Part shown: positions 1-11,790 of the stretch, one piece after another
Numbering within the stretch: the stretch's first letter is position 1
Layout: every line of letters starts with the position of its first letter
Source of the DNA: Lama glama
Lineage: Eukaryota
DNA length: 64,000 nucleotides
Assembly: GCA_028534125.1 (NCBI GenBank)
Contig: CM052816.1
Span: 13,332,001 to 13,396,000 of the forward strand
Reading direction: 5' to 3'
Notes under the pieces: model-generated
Database searches by the model: none
What the model saw: the letters and a program-made list of their open reading frames with translations, nothing else
What the model was told of the DNA's origin: nothing
Translations under genes and position numbers: made by a program

Positions 1-445
1 ACTACATGGATGGGCCCTGAAGGCATTCTCCTAAGTGAAATGAATCAGACAAAGATAAATACCATATAATCTTACTTTAATGTGGAAGCTAAAAGCAAAA
101 GCTCAGGGATACATAGCAGAAATTGGTGGATGCCAGAGGTTGGAGGAGCGGGTGCTGGCAGATGGGCGAAATGGGTGAAGGTGGTCAAAAGGTACAAACT
201 TCTACCTGTACAATAAGTAAGTCACGAGGATGGAATGTACAGCATGGTGTCTATAGTTAGTAATACTGTATTTGGTATTTGAAAGTTGACAGGAGAGTAA
301 ATCTTAAGGTTTCATCACAGGAAGAAATTCTGTAACAATTTATGATAATGGATGTTAGTCTTATTGTGGTCATTATTTCCCAATTACACAAATACTCATG
401 TTGTACATCTAAAACTAATGTTATATGCCAATTATACCTAAATTT
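1..445 (+). mobile_element. LINE-1 3' end fragment (L1MA-type) in NR3C1 intron 7
   Basis: Typical L1 3' UTR motifs: 'ctaagtgaaatgaatcagaca...taccatataatcttac', 'aaaggtacaaacttc', 'tgtacagcatggtg...atagttagtaatactgta', ending 'aatgttatatgccaattatacct'. Confidence 0.8.
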
Positions 446-1530
446 TACAAAATGCCAATTATAGCTAATTTTTAAAAATTAAAAGCATTTTTTTAACTCC
501 ACTGAGAAAGTAGCAAACGGGCTAGGGGAAGTTATAACTCAAGTCCACAAGGCAAGTAGGAATTAAATGAAGACTGTCTGCTCCTAAACCCACTGCTTTT
601 TCTCTATTCCACCATTTTCTAAGATGTCAACAGCAGTGAAGTTTAGGTTTGATAAACAATGTGTTCCCCTCCCTGCAGAGTGCTTAATTATTACTCTTGA
701 GAAGTCCTGAAATCTACCAATCTGCTTAACATTTAGTTGTGCTCCATTTTGGCCAAATTCCTTTTTTCCCTCATCACTGTTTACACAGAACCAGCATTCC
801 TAGAAGCACACTTTAAGAAGTGGAACATCCTCAAGAGTCATCTCTGCAAGTCTGACTGAAAACGTGATTAACCCTCTGTACACAGTCCTTCTAACTAGTA
901 TCAGTTTTTAAAGAAAGAGTCCTCTAAAAAAACTCATTCTATACCAACTTTATGATCCATGAGGTATTTTCTATATTTCTCTACATAAGGAAAGGTGCAT
1001 GTTTGCTCCCCAGTAAGGTATTATATATAAGCCACATAAAAAAATTAAGTTTCTTTTTACATTGGTATCACATCAACTCATTAAGTTAACACACTGACTA
1101 GTAAAGTGCACAGCATGCTGATTTTGAGGGAGACATCACAGGTATTCCCAGACGTAACTGGTGAAATCAACACTGTTGTTGAAGCCTTCTACGTCTGTAC
1201 TAGCATCACACTCAAGGGCAGAATGATCATCAGGGCATTATTCATTTGGTCTTCCAACTAGCTTGGTGAACTAGGGAGGAAGCTCCACTTCATAGATGAG
1301 AAACAAAGCTATATACTCAAAGTCAAATACTCCAAGTTCAGTCCTCCAATTTCCTATTATCCCATATTCTCCCTTGCCTTTAGTTTCACAGTCCTTTGAA
1401 AATGCTTCTATGTTAATAGAATGCATAAAGAGCATCATAGACAAAGTCACCCATGATACTGTGCTATGACTACTTGCATGTATGAAAAGTTACCGTAAGA
1501 AAATTAATTGACTACATCTTCACTTTTTAG

Positions 1531-1688
1531 TTCCTAAGGAAGGTTTGAAGAGCCAAGAGCTATTTGATGAGATTAGAATGACCTACATCAAAGAGCTAGG
1601 AAAAGCCATTGTCAAGAGGGAAGGGAACTCCAGTCAGAACTGGCAGCGGTTTTATCAACTGACAAAACTCTTGGACTCCATGCATGAT
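1531..1688 (+). CDS. NR3C1: Glucocorticoid receptor exon 8 (158 bp), ligand-binding domain: (V)[52 protein letters not shown]
   Basis: Translation matches the GR LBD. Acceptor 'cactttttag' ends at 1530 and donor 'gtaagt' starts at 1689. Confidence 0.99.
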
Positions 1689-2234
1689 GTAAGTGTCAAA
1701 CAAAAATCAACATATCACAAGAATTTTCTGAGACATAACGTATGTCCTGATTAGTGTATATGATTACCAGGTTTTATTTTTTCCCCATTTATGCATTTTG
1801 GTGATGGTTTGGGTTCAATTCGTGAAGTCCCATTTGGCACGCATTTCTCCTAAGGCCAATTATGAAACATTTCATCTACTCATGTGCACCTAACATCATG
1901 ATGCCAATACAGAATTTAACACTATTTTTTAAAAGGTAGAATTCTCTGTTTTGCTATGATTAATCCAGCAAATTCTGTCTTTCATATGTTATGGTACTGC
2001 AATTCATCATGATAAACTTAATTCCATATATTCTATATACAATTTAAGCAATTCACAGTATCTTCAGTACCCAAATGCTCATTTTACTTAATTAAACTTT
2101 TTTACCTGGGGAATTCCAGCAGAGATTGGTATATCCTAAGTCAGAAATTTAAAAAAATTAGACACCAACAATAAGCATGAGATGTCCCTATGGATAATTT
2201 TTAAGACTAATCATTACTATGTATTTTCTTGTAG

Positions 2235-2387
2235 GTGGTTGAAAATCTCCTTAAGTATTGCTTCCAGACATTTTTGGATAAGTCCTTGAGCGTTGAATTC
2301 CCAGAGATGTTAGCTGAAATCATCACCAATCAGATACCAAAATATTCAAGTGGAAATATCAAAAAACTTCTATTTCATCAAAAGTGA
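2235..2387 (+). CDS. NR3C1: Glucocorticoid receptor exon 9alpha coding part: [50 protein letters not shown]
   Basis: Acceptor 'tattttcttgtag' ends at 2234. Phase-0 join with exon 8. Contains the AF-2 helix 12 ([10 protein letters not shown]) and the canonical GR C-terminus LLFHQK. TGA at 2385-2387. Confidence 0.99.
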   Translation: MVENLLKYCFQTFLDKSLSVEFPEMLAEIITNQIPKYSSGNIKKLLFHQK

Positions 2388-2871
2388 CTGCCTTAAGAAG
2401 AAAGGTTTGCCTTAAAGAAAGTTGAATTCATAGCTTTCATTGTACAAACTATCAATCTGTCCTGTAGCAGTTTTGTTTATCATTTTTCTTTTTGTCCGGT
2501 TTTTGTTGTTTCGTTTTGTTTTTGAATACGCACTACATGTGGTTTACAGAGGGCCAAGACTTGGCAACAGAAGCAGTTGAGCCATCACTTTTCAGTGATG
2601 GGCAAAGTAGAAAGTGATAGTTGATGGATCCCAAAAAATTAGACACAGTACCACGGGGGTAACCTCCACTGTCAGAGAAGGATGGCACCTAAACCACCAG
2701 TGCCCCAAATGTGTGTGACGAACTTTCTGCTCAGACTTCTCAGAGTTGGCTGGACAAAATCTTCTCTATTTTTTGTTGGCCTATCTCCCCCTGTATAGTT
2801 AGGGTAGCGTTTTTTGATTTCTGCATGGAAACCTGAAAAGTTTACAAGTGTATTATCAGAAAAGGGAAGTT

Positions 2872-2878
2872 GTGCCTT
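2872..2878 (+). promoter_or_regulatory. miR-124 seed match (GTGCCTT) in the GR 3' UTR
   Basis: 7-mer seen in sequence. miR-124 is an established GR regulator. Confidence 0.6.
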
Positions 2879-3748
2879 TTATAGCTATCACTGTCTGGTT
2901 TTAACAATTTCCTTTCTATTCAGTGAACTATGCTTGCTCATTTTTTCCTACATAATTTTTGTAATCAAGTTATTGTACAGCTGTTTTAAGATGGGCAGCT
3001 AGTTCATAGCTTTCCTAAATAAACTCTAAACATTAATCTTCTGTGTGAAAATGGGTTGGTGCTTCTAACCTGATGGCACTTAGCTGTCAGAAGACCACAA
3101 AAATTGACTCAAATCTCCAGTTTTCTTGTCAAAAAGCTCATATTTTGTATATATCTGCTTCAGTGGAGAATTATATAGATTGTGCAAATTAACCGTCCTA
3201 ACCAGTGTAGAGCACCTACTCCAGTGACCTGCTGGGTGAACCATAGGTGATGGTTTCAAAAAAAAAAAAAAAACTACCAAGAGGCCCTGTTTGTATCTAA
3301 CGCCCTATCTCTGCAATGGTTAGATGGCAAGAAAGTTGGGACGCTGTCTTTCAGGACCTTTCGTTGTAGTTTGTATAACTTCTTAAAAGTTACGATTCCA
3401 AATGACCAGCTGAAAACACAGCTGAGAGATTTTAATCAGACCAAGTATTTCCTCCCACTAAACTTTACCCCCAAAAACCAAATCTCTAATACAGCAAAAG
3501 TGGCTAGACACCCATTTTCACATTCCCATTTGTCACCAATTGGTCTACCTTTCCTGGGGATACAGGAAAGCTCAGCGACTGATTTTTCTGATTTAGAGCT
3601 GTATGTCAGACTTCCATGTTCATAAAACTATACATCCATCACATCCCTGTGTGTGCCATAGAGTTTAACAACAGTCATGTGAATTTCTCCTCCTCGATGT
3701 TTGAAATTATTTTAAACAAGATAGAAGCTGTAGTAGCCCTTTCTGTGT

Positions 3749-3756
3749 GCACCTTA
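3749..3756 (+). promoter_or_regulatory. miR-18 8-mer site (GCACCTTA) in the GR 3' UTR
   Basis: 8-mer seen in sequence. miR-18 is a reported GR regulator. Confidence 0.6.
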
Positions 3757-4633
3757 CCAACTTTCTGTACATTCAGAATGTACTTAACTAAGCCACGAGA
3801 AATCTGATTTCTGTTCAAGGTGGCCAAATTATTTGTGTAATAGAAAGCTGAACATCTAATATTAAAAATATGAAACTTCTAATATATTTTTATATTTAGT
3901 TATAGTTTCAGATATATATCATATTGGTATTCACTAATCTGGGAAGGGAAGGGCTACTGCAGCTTTACATGCAATTTATTAAAATGATTGTAAAATAGCT
4001 TGTACAGTGTAACATAAGAATGATTTTTAGATGAGATTGTTTTATCGCGACATGTTATATATTTTTTGTAGGGGTCAGAGAAATGTTGATGGATAACCTA
4101 TACGATTTATAGTGTGTGCAAGCATTCATACAGGCAGAAACGGTCTCAGAAACCAAAAAGGTTTGCTCTCGAGACAGAGGGAAACGGAGACTGGCCCCGT
4201 GTGCAGTGAAGGTTGCTGAGGTTCCGTCCCATTCAGATCACGGAGGAAGTCGTCCTCTGCCTCCCAGACTGACCACCCTTCTCATTCCAGCAGTGAGTCT
4301 GTCGGCGCAGGTTTAGTTTACTAAATCTCCTCTTGGGCTCAAGTGTATGAACGGGGGACAGAGAAAGGTGGTGCTTACACACTTACAGGCACCATCACAC
4401 ACAGCCTCTCCAACACTTTAATAAAACCAGAGGCTTTAGAAGTTCGGCAATAATATGCATAGAGGTACCAGCAACGTGTAAATAGTGCAGAATCTCATAG
4501 GTTGCCGATAATACACTAATTCCTTTCTTTCCTACAAGGGTTCATTTCCGAATAACACGAAGACATGTGTATCTTTTCTTTTAATGCTTTTGAATGTTAT
4601 TTGTTATTTTTCAGTATTTTGGAGAAATTATTT

Positions 4634-4639
4634 AATAAA
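4634..4639 (+). terminator. NR3C1: Proximal poly(A) signal AATAAA, upstream of the exon 9beta acceptor
   Basis: 'tttaataaaaatgtgatcatttggtttttc', followed by U/GU-rich sequence. Another AATAAA lies at 4420-4425. Confidence 0.6.
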
Positions 4640-4845
4640 AATGTGATCATTTGGTTTTTCAATGCTCTCTAAAGGGGGCCGTACCTTTTGTAATCGTTTA
4701 ACTTGATCTCAGAGTATTTTCAGATAGTTTGTAACCGAGCTGGATGTGAATTTTTCGTGCCTAAGAAATACTGCTTGAATATTATCAATGACAGTGTTAA
4801 GTTTCAAAAAGAGCTTCTGAAAGATACAGTTTTATTCATTTATAG

Positions 4846-4962
4846 AATATTCTACGGTTACAATCAGAAAGCACATCACACGTTGATCTTACTTTTGGTC
4901 CCAACAACTTGGCTCCAAAAAAAGAGCTCAGAGAAAAAAAGATGTGTGCACTTTGTTGTTAA
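4846..4962 (+). CDS. NR3C1: Putative exon 9beta coding part (GR-beta C-terminus): NILRLQSESTSHVDLTFGPNNLAPKKELREKKMCALCC*
   Basis: Acceptor 'tttattcatttatag' ends at 4845. The first 12 codons align with human GR-beta NVMWLKPESTSH. The reading frame stays open to TAA at 4960-4962. Use of this acceptor is not shown by the sequence. Confidence 0.6.
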   Translation, partial: NILRLQSESTSHVDLTFGPNNLAPKKELREKKMCALCC

Positions 4963-6276
4963 AAGGAAATGAACTGACATTCATAAAACTATAGGAGGCT
5001 GTACATTAAATGCAAATAAAAGCTGTGTCCTTTTAGATTATGTGAGAAAGAAAAAAGTTACCTTCATCACGTTTGGGTATAATTGTGGATTTAAGTGGAA
5101 AAAAAGCTATGGTGCTATTTGAAAGCAGCTTCATTTTCTATGTATGTGGTATCTTGCCAGCCCAAACTATTATAGAATTTTCAGTGAGAGGCGGCATGCC
5201 TAGGTGACTTAAATCCTGAACATTTTTAATTACTGGTGGAAAAAAGTGCCCCTCTCAAGTGTTTTTAGGCCTTGCTATGGGGTACTATTCAGGTGCTTTG
5301 GGGATATATACATACTCAATTATCTGAAACTATGGGAGGGGAACCAAAAAGAGCACCTACCTTCTCCTAAAAAAAAAGAAAAAAGAAAACGAAATTGGCA
5401 CCCCAGAAGGAAAACTAGCATGATTAGTGCCTAGGAAGACCTTGATATTTAGCATAGGATGAACTCTGGATGTGCATAGAAAGGAAAGCCAGCCTCACCT
5501 CCGAACTGGGGGATGGGAGGATAAGCAACTCCAACTTTACTCATCCGTCTATACATCTTCTTGTCATTTAGTCTGACCATTTTAGTTCTCTTAAATATCC
5601 TAAAACTACATCACCATGGAGTGAACAATATTATTACACTCTGATCTATCACAGTTCAAGAATTGTGGCAGCCCTCAATGAGATTTCGATCCTGGTAGGT
5701 CACCCAGAAGACCGTAGATGTAGATGAATGTGTTTTTATGTGCCTGGTTTGAGAGTCGAAAGGGAAAATAGTGTAAAGAGGACACTTTAACCACTTAGAA
5801 TGGAAGTTTCATCATTTTCCAGACTATAACCAGTCAGCCTGGTCCACCAAGGATTAGTGACCAGGTTTTTTGGGAAAGGATTAGCTTCTCTAGAAAATGC
5901 CTCAAAGACAGATTTTATTTTCTGATGATTGATAGGCTGTATGAAACTACCCTCCTCAAATAACTTGCTTACCTACATATAGAGTCAAGTGTGTCAATAT
6001 TCTATTTTGTATATTAAACAAATGCTATATAATGGGGACAAATCTATATTATACTGTGTATGGCATTATTAAGAAGCTTTTTCATTATTTTTTATCACAG
6101 TAATTTTAAAATGTGTAAGAATTAAAACCAGTGACTCCTGTTTAAAAATAAAAGTTGTAGTTTTTTATTCATGCTGAATAATCTGCAGTTAAAAAAAAAA
6201 GTCTTTTTACCTACGCAGTGAAACGTCAGACTGTAAATGTAAAATCTTGTGTGGAAATGTTTAACTTTTCTTTTTC

Positions 6277-6281
6277 ATTTA
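6277..6281 (+). promoter_or_regulatory. NR3C1: AUUUA element at the position equivalent to the human GR-9beta ARE polymorphism
   Basis: Context 'tttttcATTTAaatttgctgttctgg' matches my recollection of the human site. Confidence 0.55.
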
Positions 6282-6381
6282 AATTTGCTGTTCTGGTATT
6301 ACTGAACCACACATTTGTACTGAATTGGCAGTAAATGTTAGCTAGCCATTTACAGCAACGCCAAATATGGAGAAACATCAT

Positions 6382-6387
6382 AATAAA
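6382..6387 (+). terminator. NR3C1: Distal poly(A) signal AATAAA of NR3C1 (cleavage near 6407)
   Basis: Lies at the end of the conserved AU-rich block. A further AATAAA is at 6147-6152. Confidence 0.8.
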
Positions 6388-7539
6388 AAAAATCTGCTTT
6401 TTCATTACATGACTCCAACATGCTTTTATGAAACTCATGCAATTCAAATTTTCCTCCTTTTTTTCCCCCGTCTCCTTCAAATGAAGGTAGAGTTATCACT
6501 TCAGGAAGTTTAACAATGCTCAAGTGGACATTTAAATGTCGATGTGGCAACGGTTGCATGCTAATATGGCATAAATTCAAAATGTGCTTAATCCTGGTGT
6601 CAAAGACCCAAAGGCTATCCCATCCATGCCTTAAATGGTCATGTGCCAGTTTCTGCAAAGGTACTAAGGGAAGGAAGAATGCATGCCTAAGGCATCTCCA
6701 AATCTAAGTCTTTATCATGAAAAATGACATTTTATATAAACAAATGTCACCTAGTCAACATTCATACCGTATTTAATTGTAAGTCTACTCTTTCCCCCAG
6801 AAAACGGCATAAATATTTAGCAAACACCATAGCAATGCTGCACCTCATAGACAAGAAAGGCATAAGGGGAAAGTGGTAAACCAGCTTATTCTGTACATGT
6901 GCACACTATTTCCAAAAGCATCTGTTCAGGTCGTATCTGAACTGGATGATCTAAAAAGCAGACCCGCCTATAAATACTCTTTTCTCGACATGACCTCCAT
7001 CACTAAGAAAGCGGTATTGTATTTTTAAAACCAAGTTTGCCTTACCTGTCATACGTGCATCAAGTTTTTGCTAGGTACCTACGATATGATGAATATTGAT
7101 GATGTGAACAAGGAAAATACTGCTGCTACCCTCAGTCACTTGCAAGCGTGTAAGTAACAAACCTCCTTTCCCAGCATCCTGAGGTACAAGGCAGAAAGAC
7201 CAGGTATGGCACCAGTAGGTATATACATTATTGCTTTACCACTTACTTCAAATATTAATTTTACATTTGCAGAACACTTTCACATACTTTGTACCAGTTA
7301 ATCCTCATCCAAAAAATGAATGAACTAAAAAACAAATGCTAAGGAAGCTATCAGCTCCATTTTAGAAAAAGGGAACAAGCTCAGAGTTTAAGCAACTGGT
7401 TCACAGCTGCTAGCGCTCCTTTTATTGAAGTCTGAATGACAAAAATACCCATAATGAGGCCATTTATCCCAGGTCAGACATGTCTCTAGGCTGTAAGCTC
7501 GCAGGGAACTGGTTTTGTTTTTCTGTTTTTGAATTAATG

Positions 7540-7780
7540 TTTCAATTTTACTGAGCACTTACTCTGTGCCAGGCATCATGTTTCAATATATGATCTCACT
7601 TAAACTTAGTAACCCTATAAAGTGCTACTATAAAGCAGTACTATTAACCTTGCATTTATACAAGGAGACTAACAATTGGGTAGTTTGTCTAGGTCACAAG
7701 CTTGGAAGTGGTTAGGACTTCTTTTTTTTTTAAATAAAAATACTGGGCATCTGGCTCTAGAGTCCATGCTCTTAGGCACT
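7540..7780. mobile_element. MIR SINE relic
   Basis: 'tttactgagcacttactctgtgccaggca...aggtcacaag...tctggctctagagtccatgctctt'. Confidence 0.6.
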
Positions 7781-8739
7781 ACTGAGAAATGATGAATACA
7801 AAGCTCCAAACTAGATTAAATAAACTCATATTGAGCATTATGTGCCAGGGCTTTTCGCATGATCTCATTTAATCCTTTCTGCTCCCATTAAAGGTAACAG
7901 TAGCAGAAAGGATTAAAGCCTTTGTGCTGCTGAACTTCACTTCGTCCTCTAAATTTAAATCAGTTTTGACTTAGACATCTAACAATGATAATTCCTTCTC
8001 CTAAAAACATGTGTCCTATCCCCTGGGGATACTGATGGTGAAAAACAGCTGCCCAGAGATGACACTACTTTGTTTGTCAAATACACTAGTAAGGGACCTA
8101 ACGCAGCTAATGCCCACAGGAAAATCAACAAATTTATGTCTTCAAGCTACGCAGAGTATATAGGCTACATTTAAACGGAGGGAGACAGTTTACAACTGAA
8201 TCGATGCAAGTCCAAATTAATTCTTAATTTGGCAGGTAAAGTATGAACCTGTTTTCGGGTGTTGAAAATACAGAGGGATTTACACTAGTTCAGTATTTCT
8301 TTAAGACCTTCAACTTATCTCTATTAATTGGCATTAAGTGTCTCTTAACAGCGTTAGCAACTTTATAGCATTTTCTTTGGTAAAAGAAAACCCAGCTTCC
8401 TCTTCTTCTATCACGCTTCTATTTCCCACTTAAAACTGAAACCAGACTTCTGTAGGGAAACACTTTTTACCATTTTTTTTTACTTCATTTGGGTACAGAC
8501 ATGTTAATTTCAGAACAAGAGTTCACGTAGACCACAGCAGACACGCAAAAAACTCCTTGCTCTAGTCCAGCCCACTTGAATTTCAACAAGCAGTTTATAC
8601 TGTTCATCTTCTGTACCCTCACTATAGTCAACAGGTTAATATGTGTGCATAGTGTAAATAACCATCAATTTTCTACTACTGTTACTGTGGCATTGTCTTA
8701 CAAAGTGCCGTCTTTGAGTATACATGAGGCTAGGCTGGA

Positions 8740-10430
8740 AATAAGAATCTGGGCCACCCCAAGGAGGAGACCCCAGGACCTCTGGTTTTGAAGGTCAGAG
8801 AGGCTTTGCTCCAGGAGCCCCATGGGACTGGGGTAAACAGACTTCATTCTCTTGGGAAATATACACACAATCTTGCATGCTCTAGGCCCAAGGGCAGGGG
8901 CAGAGGAAGTGATTTCATAGGAACCTGGGCCAGACCTGCCTGCCAGTTTTGGAAGGTCTCCTGAGGAGTTAGGGAATGGCTGCGGCTCACCCAGGGGACA
9001 TAAAGGCTGGCGGCAGGCATTCTAGGAGCATTCATCTACATGAGCTTTCCTGGAGGCTGACACCTTGCTTGGATCATTAGCACCAAGACCTAGCCCCACC
9101 CAACAGGCTGTAGGGAAGCCTCAGGCCGAACAACACACAGGGTGGGAACACAGCCCCACCTGTCAGCAGACTTCCTAAGCCACGAAGGCCTCTAGACACA
9201 GCCCGACCCACCAGAGGTCCAGGACCAAGCTTCACCCAGCAGTGGGCAGGCACTGACCCTTCCTGCCAGGAAGCCTGTATAAGCCTTTAGTCCAGCCTCA
9301 TCCATCAGGGGACAGATGACAGAAATAAGAAAACAATCCCAAAGCCTGAGGAAGGAATCCACAAACACAGGCCAGACTCTGCACTGGGACAGGCTAGACC
9401 CCGGCCCTTGGGTGACAAGAGAGGACTGTACTGCTGGGACACATAGGACGTCTCACACAGAGGGCCACTTCTCCAAGGTTGAGGAATGTAACTAACCCAC
9501 CTAAAAGCACAAATAGAAAGACAAACAAGGCAGCAGAGGAGTATCTCCCAGGCCAAGGCCCAAGGTAAAAACCCAGAAGAAGTAAGTGACAAGGAGATAG
9601 GCAATTCATCTGAGAAAGAATTGAAAGTAATGATGAAGATGATCAGACAACTCAATAGGAGTGAAATTTTCACCAAGAGTTGGAAAACAAAAGATACCCA
9701 AACAGAGTTGAAGAGTTAAATTTGTGAAATGGATAACAGAGTAGAAGGAACCAAAAATAGACTAAATGAGGCAGAAGAACGAACCCTTGAGCTAGAAGAA
9801 GACAGATTAGTGGAAATCACTACCTCAGAACAGAAAAGAAAAAAAATGAAAATAAATGAGGATAGTTTAAGAGAACTCTGGGGCAACGTGAAGTGCACTA
9901 ATATTCACATTATAGGGGTCCCAGTGAGAGAAGAGAAAGAAAAAGGACCTGAGAAAATTATTGGAAAGATAATAACCGAAAACTGCCCCAACCTGGGAAA
10001 GGAAACAGTCACCCATGTCCAGGAAGCACAGAGAGTTCCACACAGGATCCACCCAAACAGTAACATACCAAGGCACGTAGTCATCAAACAGACAAAATTA
10101 AGGATAAGGAAGAAATATTAAAATTAGCGAGAGAAAAGCAACAAATAACATACAAGGGAACTTCCATAAGGTTCTCAGCTGATTTGTCAGCAGAAACTCT
10201 ACAGGCCAGAAGGGAGTGGCACGATGTATTTAGTCATGAACGGGAAAAACCTACAGCCAAGAATACTCTAACCAGCAAGGCCCTCATTCAGATTTGATGG
10301 AGAAATCAAAAGCTTCACAGATAAACAAAACCACCAAACCAGCTTTACAACAAATGTTAAAAGGAGCTTGTCTAAAACTGTAATGAAAGAGAACAAAAAA
10401 GAGAAGAAAGGAAAAAAAAAGAAGACCTAC
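8740..10430 (+). mobile_element. LINE-1 5' portion (5' UTR + degenerate ORF1), artiodactyl-type
   Basis: ORF 9729-10121 (RLNEAEERTLELEEDRLVEI...LRELWGNVKCTNIHIIGVP...QEAQRVP...PRHVVIK) is L1 ORF1p. ORF1 homology runs ~9520-10380 with frameshifts. Confidence 0.92.
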
Positions 10431-10434
10431 AGAA

Positions 10435-10790
10435 GGTTGCTTTGGGCAGTACAGGGTCTTTTATGGTTCCATCTTAATTTTGGAATTGTTTGCTCTAGTA
10501 CTGTGAGAAATGTTGAGTATTTTGACAGGAGTTGCTGACGCAATGGAAATGTTTATGCCAGTTATAAAATTCTGCTTTTTGAAGCAAAAAAAAAAAAAAA
10601 AAGGAAGGAGAACAAAGGGTTGCAAAAAAGCAAGGTATCCTTTTTGTGGGTGAGTTATATTCCACTACATATATATGCTGCATCTCCATTCTCTATTCAG
10701 CTATTGATGTGCACTTAGGATGCTTCCATATCTTGGCAACTATAAATAATGTTGCTGTTAATAGCACGGTGTATGTATCTTTTTGAATTA
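10435..10790 (-). mobile_element. Two antisense L1 fragments (ORF2 piece and 3' piece) separated by an A-tract
   Basis: 'gggtcttttatggttccatcttaattttggaattgtttgctctag' and 'cacttaggatgcttccatatcttggcaac...tatctttttgaatta' are antisense L1 sequence. Confidence 0.7.
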
Positions 10791-11289
10791 ACTCTTAGTT
10801 GGCTTTATTCCTTTGATAACTGTATGTTTAAATAGCTAAAGCTCTATAAACGTTCTTATAAACAGTACATATATGTAAATTTTAAAAATACGTGCAGACT
10901 ATTGTATATATGTATTTCCATGCAATATATTATATACATGCAATCCAATTATAACAATTCTACCTAATAAATCTGAGAAAAGAAAAACAACCTAGGCCAC
11001 CCAAAACCATTAGAATGGTTTGCTAGCATTGAAGGAAATGGAGGTAAAAATAAAACTTTCCAAGTGTGTATAATGAGGGATCATGTACATAAAAGCCAAA
11101 CAAAGGATCACAGAACATCAAACTATGTCAGTAACTATCTCCTGATCTGTTTCCCTACCCACTATGAAGCAGGCATGCTAGAGGAGCCAATTCAAAGACC
11201 ACTAAGACAATACTAAAACTTCAGGGTGGTGTTCCTGCCCTCAAGGAATCAAAGATGAGAGACCCATGGCTCTCATCAACTCCACTGCT

Positions 11290-11790
11290 GTGTATCTATT
11301 CAAAAGGAATAAAAACATGGCCACACAATGACTTAGATGCAACTGTCCACAGTAGCATTTTTCATAATAGCCAAGTAGACACAACCCAAATGTCCAGCAA
11401 CATAAATACATAACATAGACAAATCAATGAACAAATAAACCAAATATGGCACAGCAATACAACAGAATACTGTACAGCAATAAAAAAGATGATGCATGCT
11501 GTAATACGGATGAAACTCAAAACCACTATGCCAACAAGTCCTACAAAATAGACCATGTATTACTTGATTTCACTTATACGAGATATCCAGAAAGGCAGGT
11601 CTACAGAGTCTGAAAGCAGACCAATGGTTGCCTTTGGCGGGGATGGCATCAGGGTTTAAGTGAAAATAGGTATGAGGAGACTAACGGGAGAGGGAAATGT
11701 TCTACAACTGGATTATAATGATGGATGCACAACCCAGTAAACTTAAAAAAGATGATAAACGTGTACACTTTAAGTGAGTAAACTTCATGG
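11290..11790 (+). mobile_element. Old LINE-1 3' end (L1MB/L1MC-like)
   Basis: 'cataatagccaa...acaacccaaatgtcca', 'gcagaccaatggttgcc', 'gtgtacactttaagtgagtaaacttcatggtatgtaaa'. Confidence 0.75.

Larger units (their letters stand above)
2388..6407 (+). other. NR3C1: NR3C1 long 3' UTR (exon 9alpha + 9beta region)
   Basis: AU-rich and largely repeat-free. Ends in 'taataaaaaaaatctgctttttcatta', which matches my recollection of the human GR mRNA 3' end. Confidence 0.85.

Noticed and set aside
4703..4972. 89-aa ORF overlapping exon 9beta
   Set aside because: It starts at a non-ATG codon and is not in the frame set by the exon 8 donor; the relevant frame starts at 4846.
9729..10121. 130-aa coiled-coil-like ORF as a possible host gene
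   Set aside because: It is a fragment of L1 ORF1 flanked by frameshifts.
10563..10580. 'ataaaattctgcttttt' resembling the NR3C1 mRNA 3' end, as a possible retrocopy of GR
   Set aside because: The similarity is short and low-complexity, and the upstream bases do not align.
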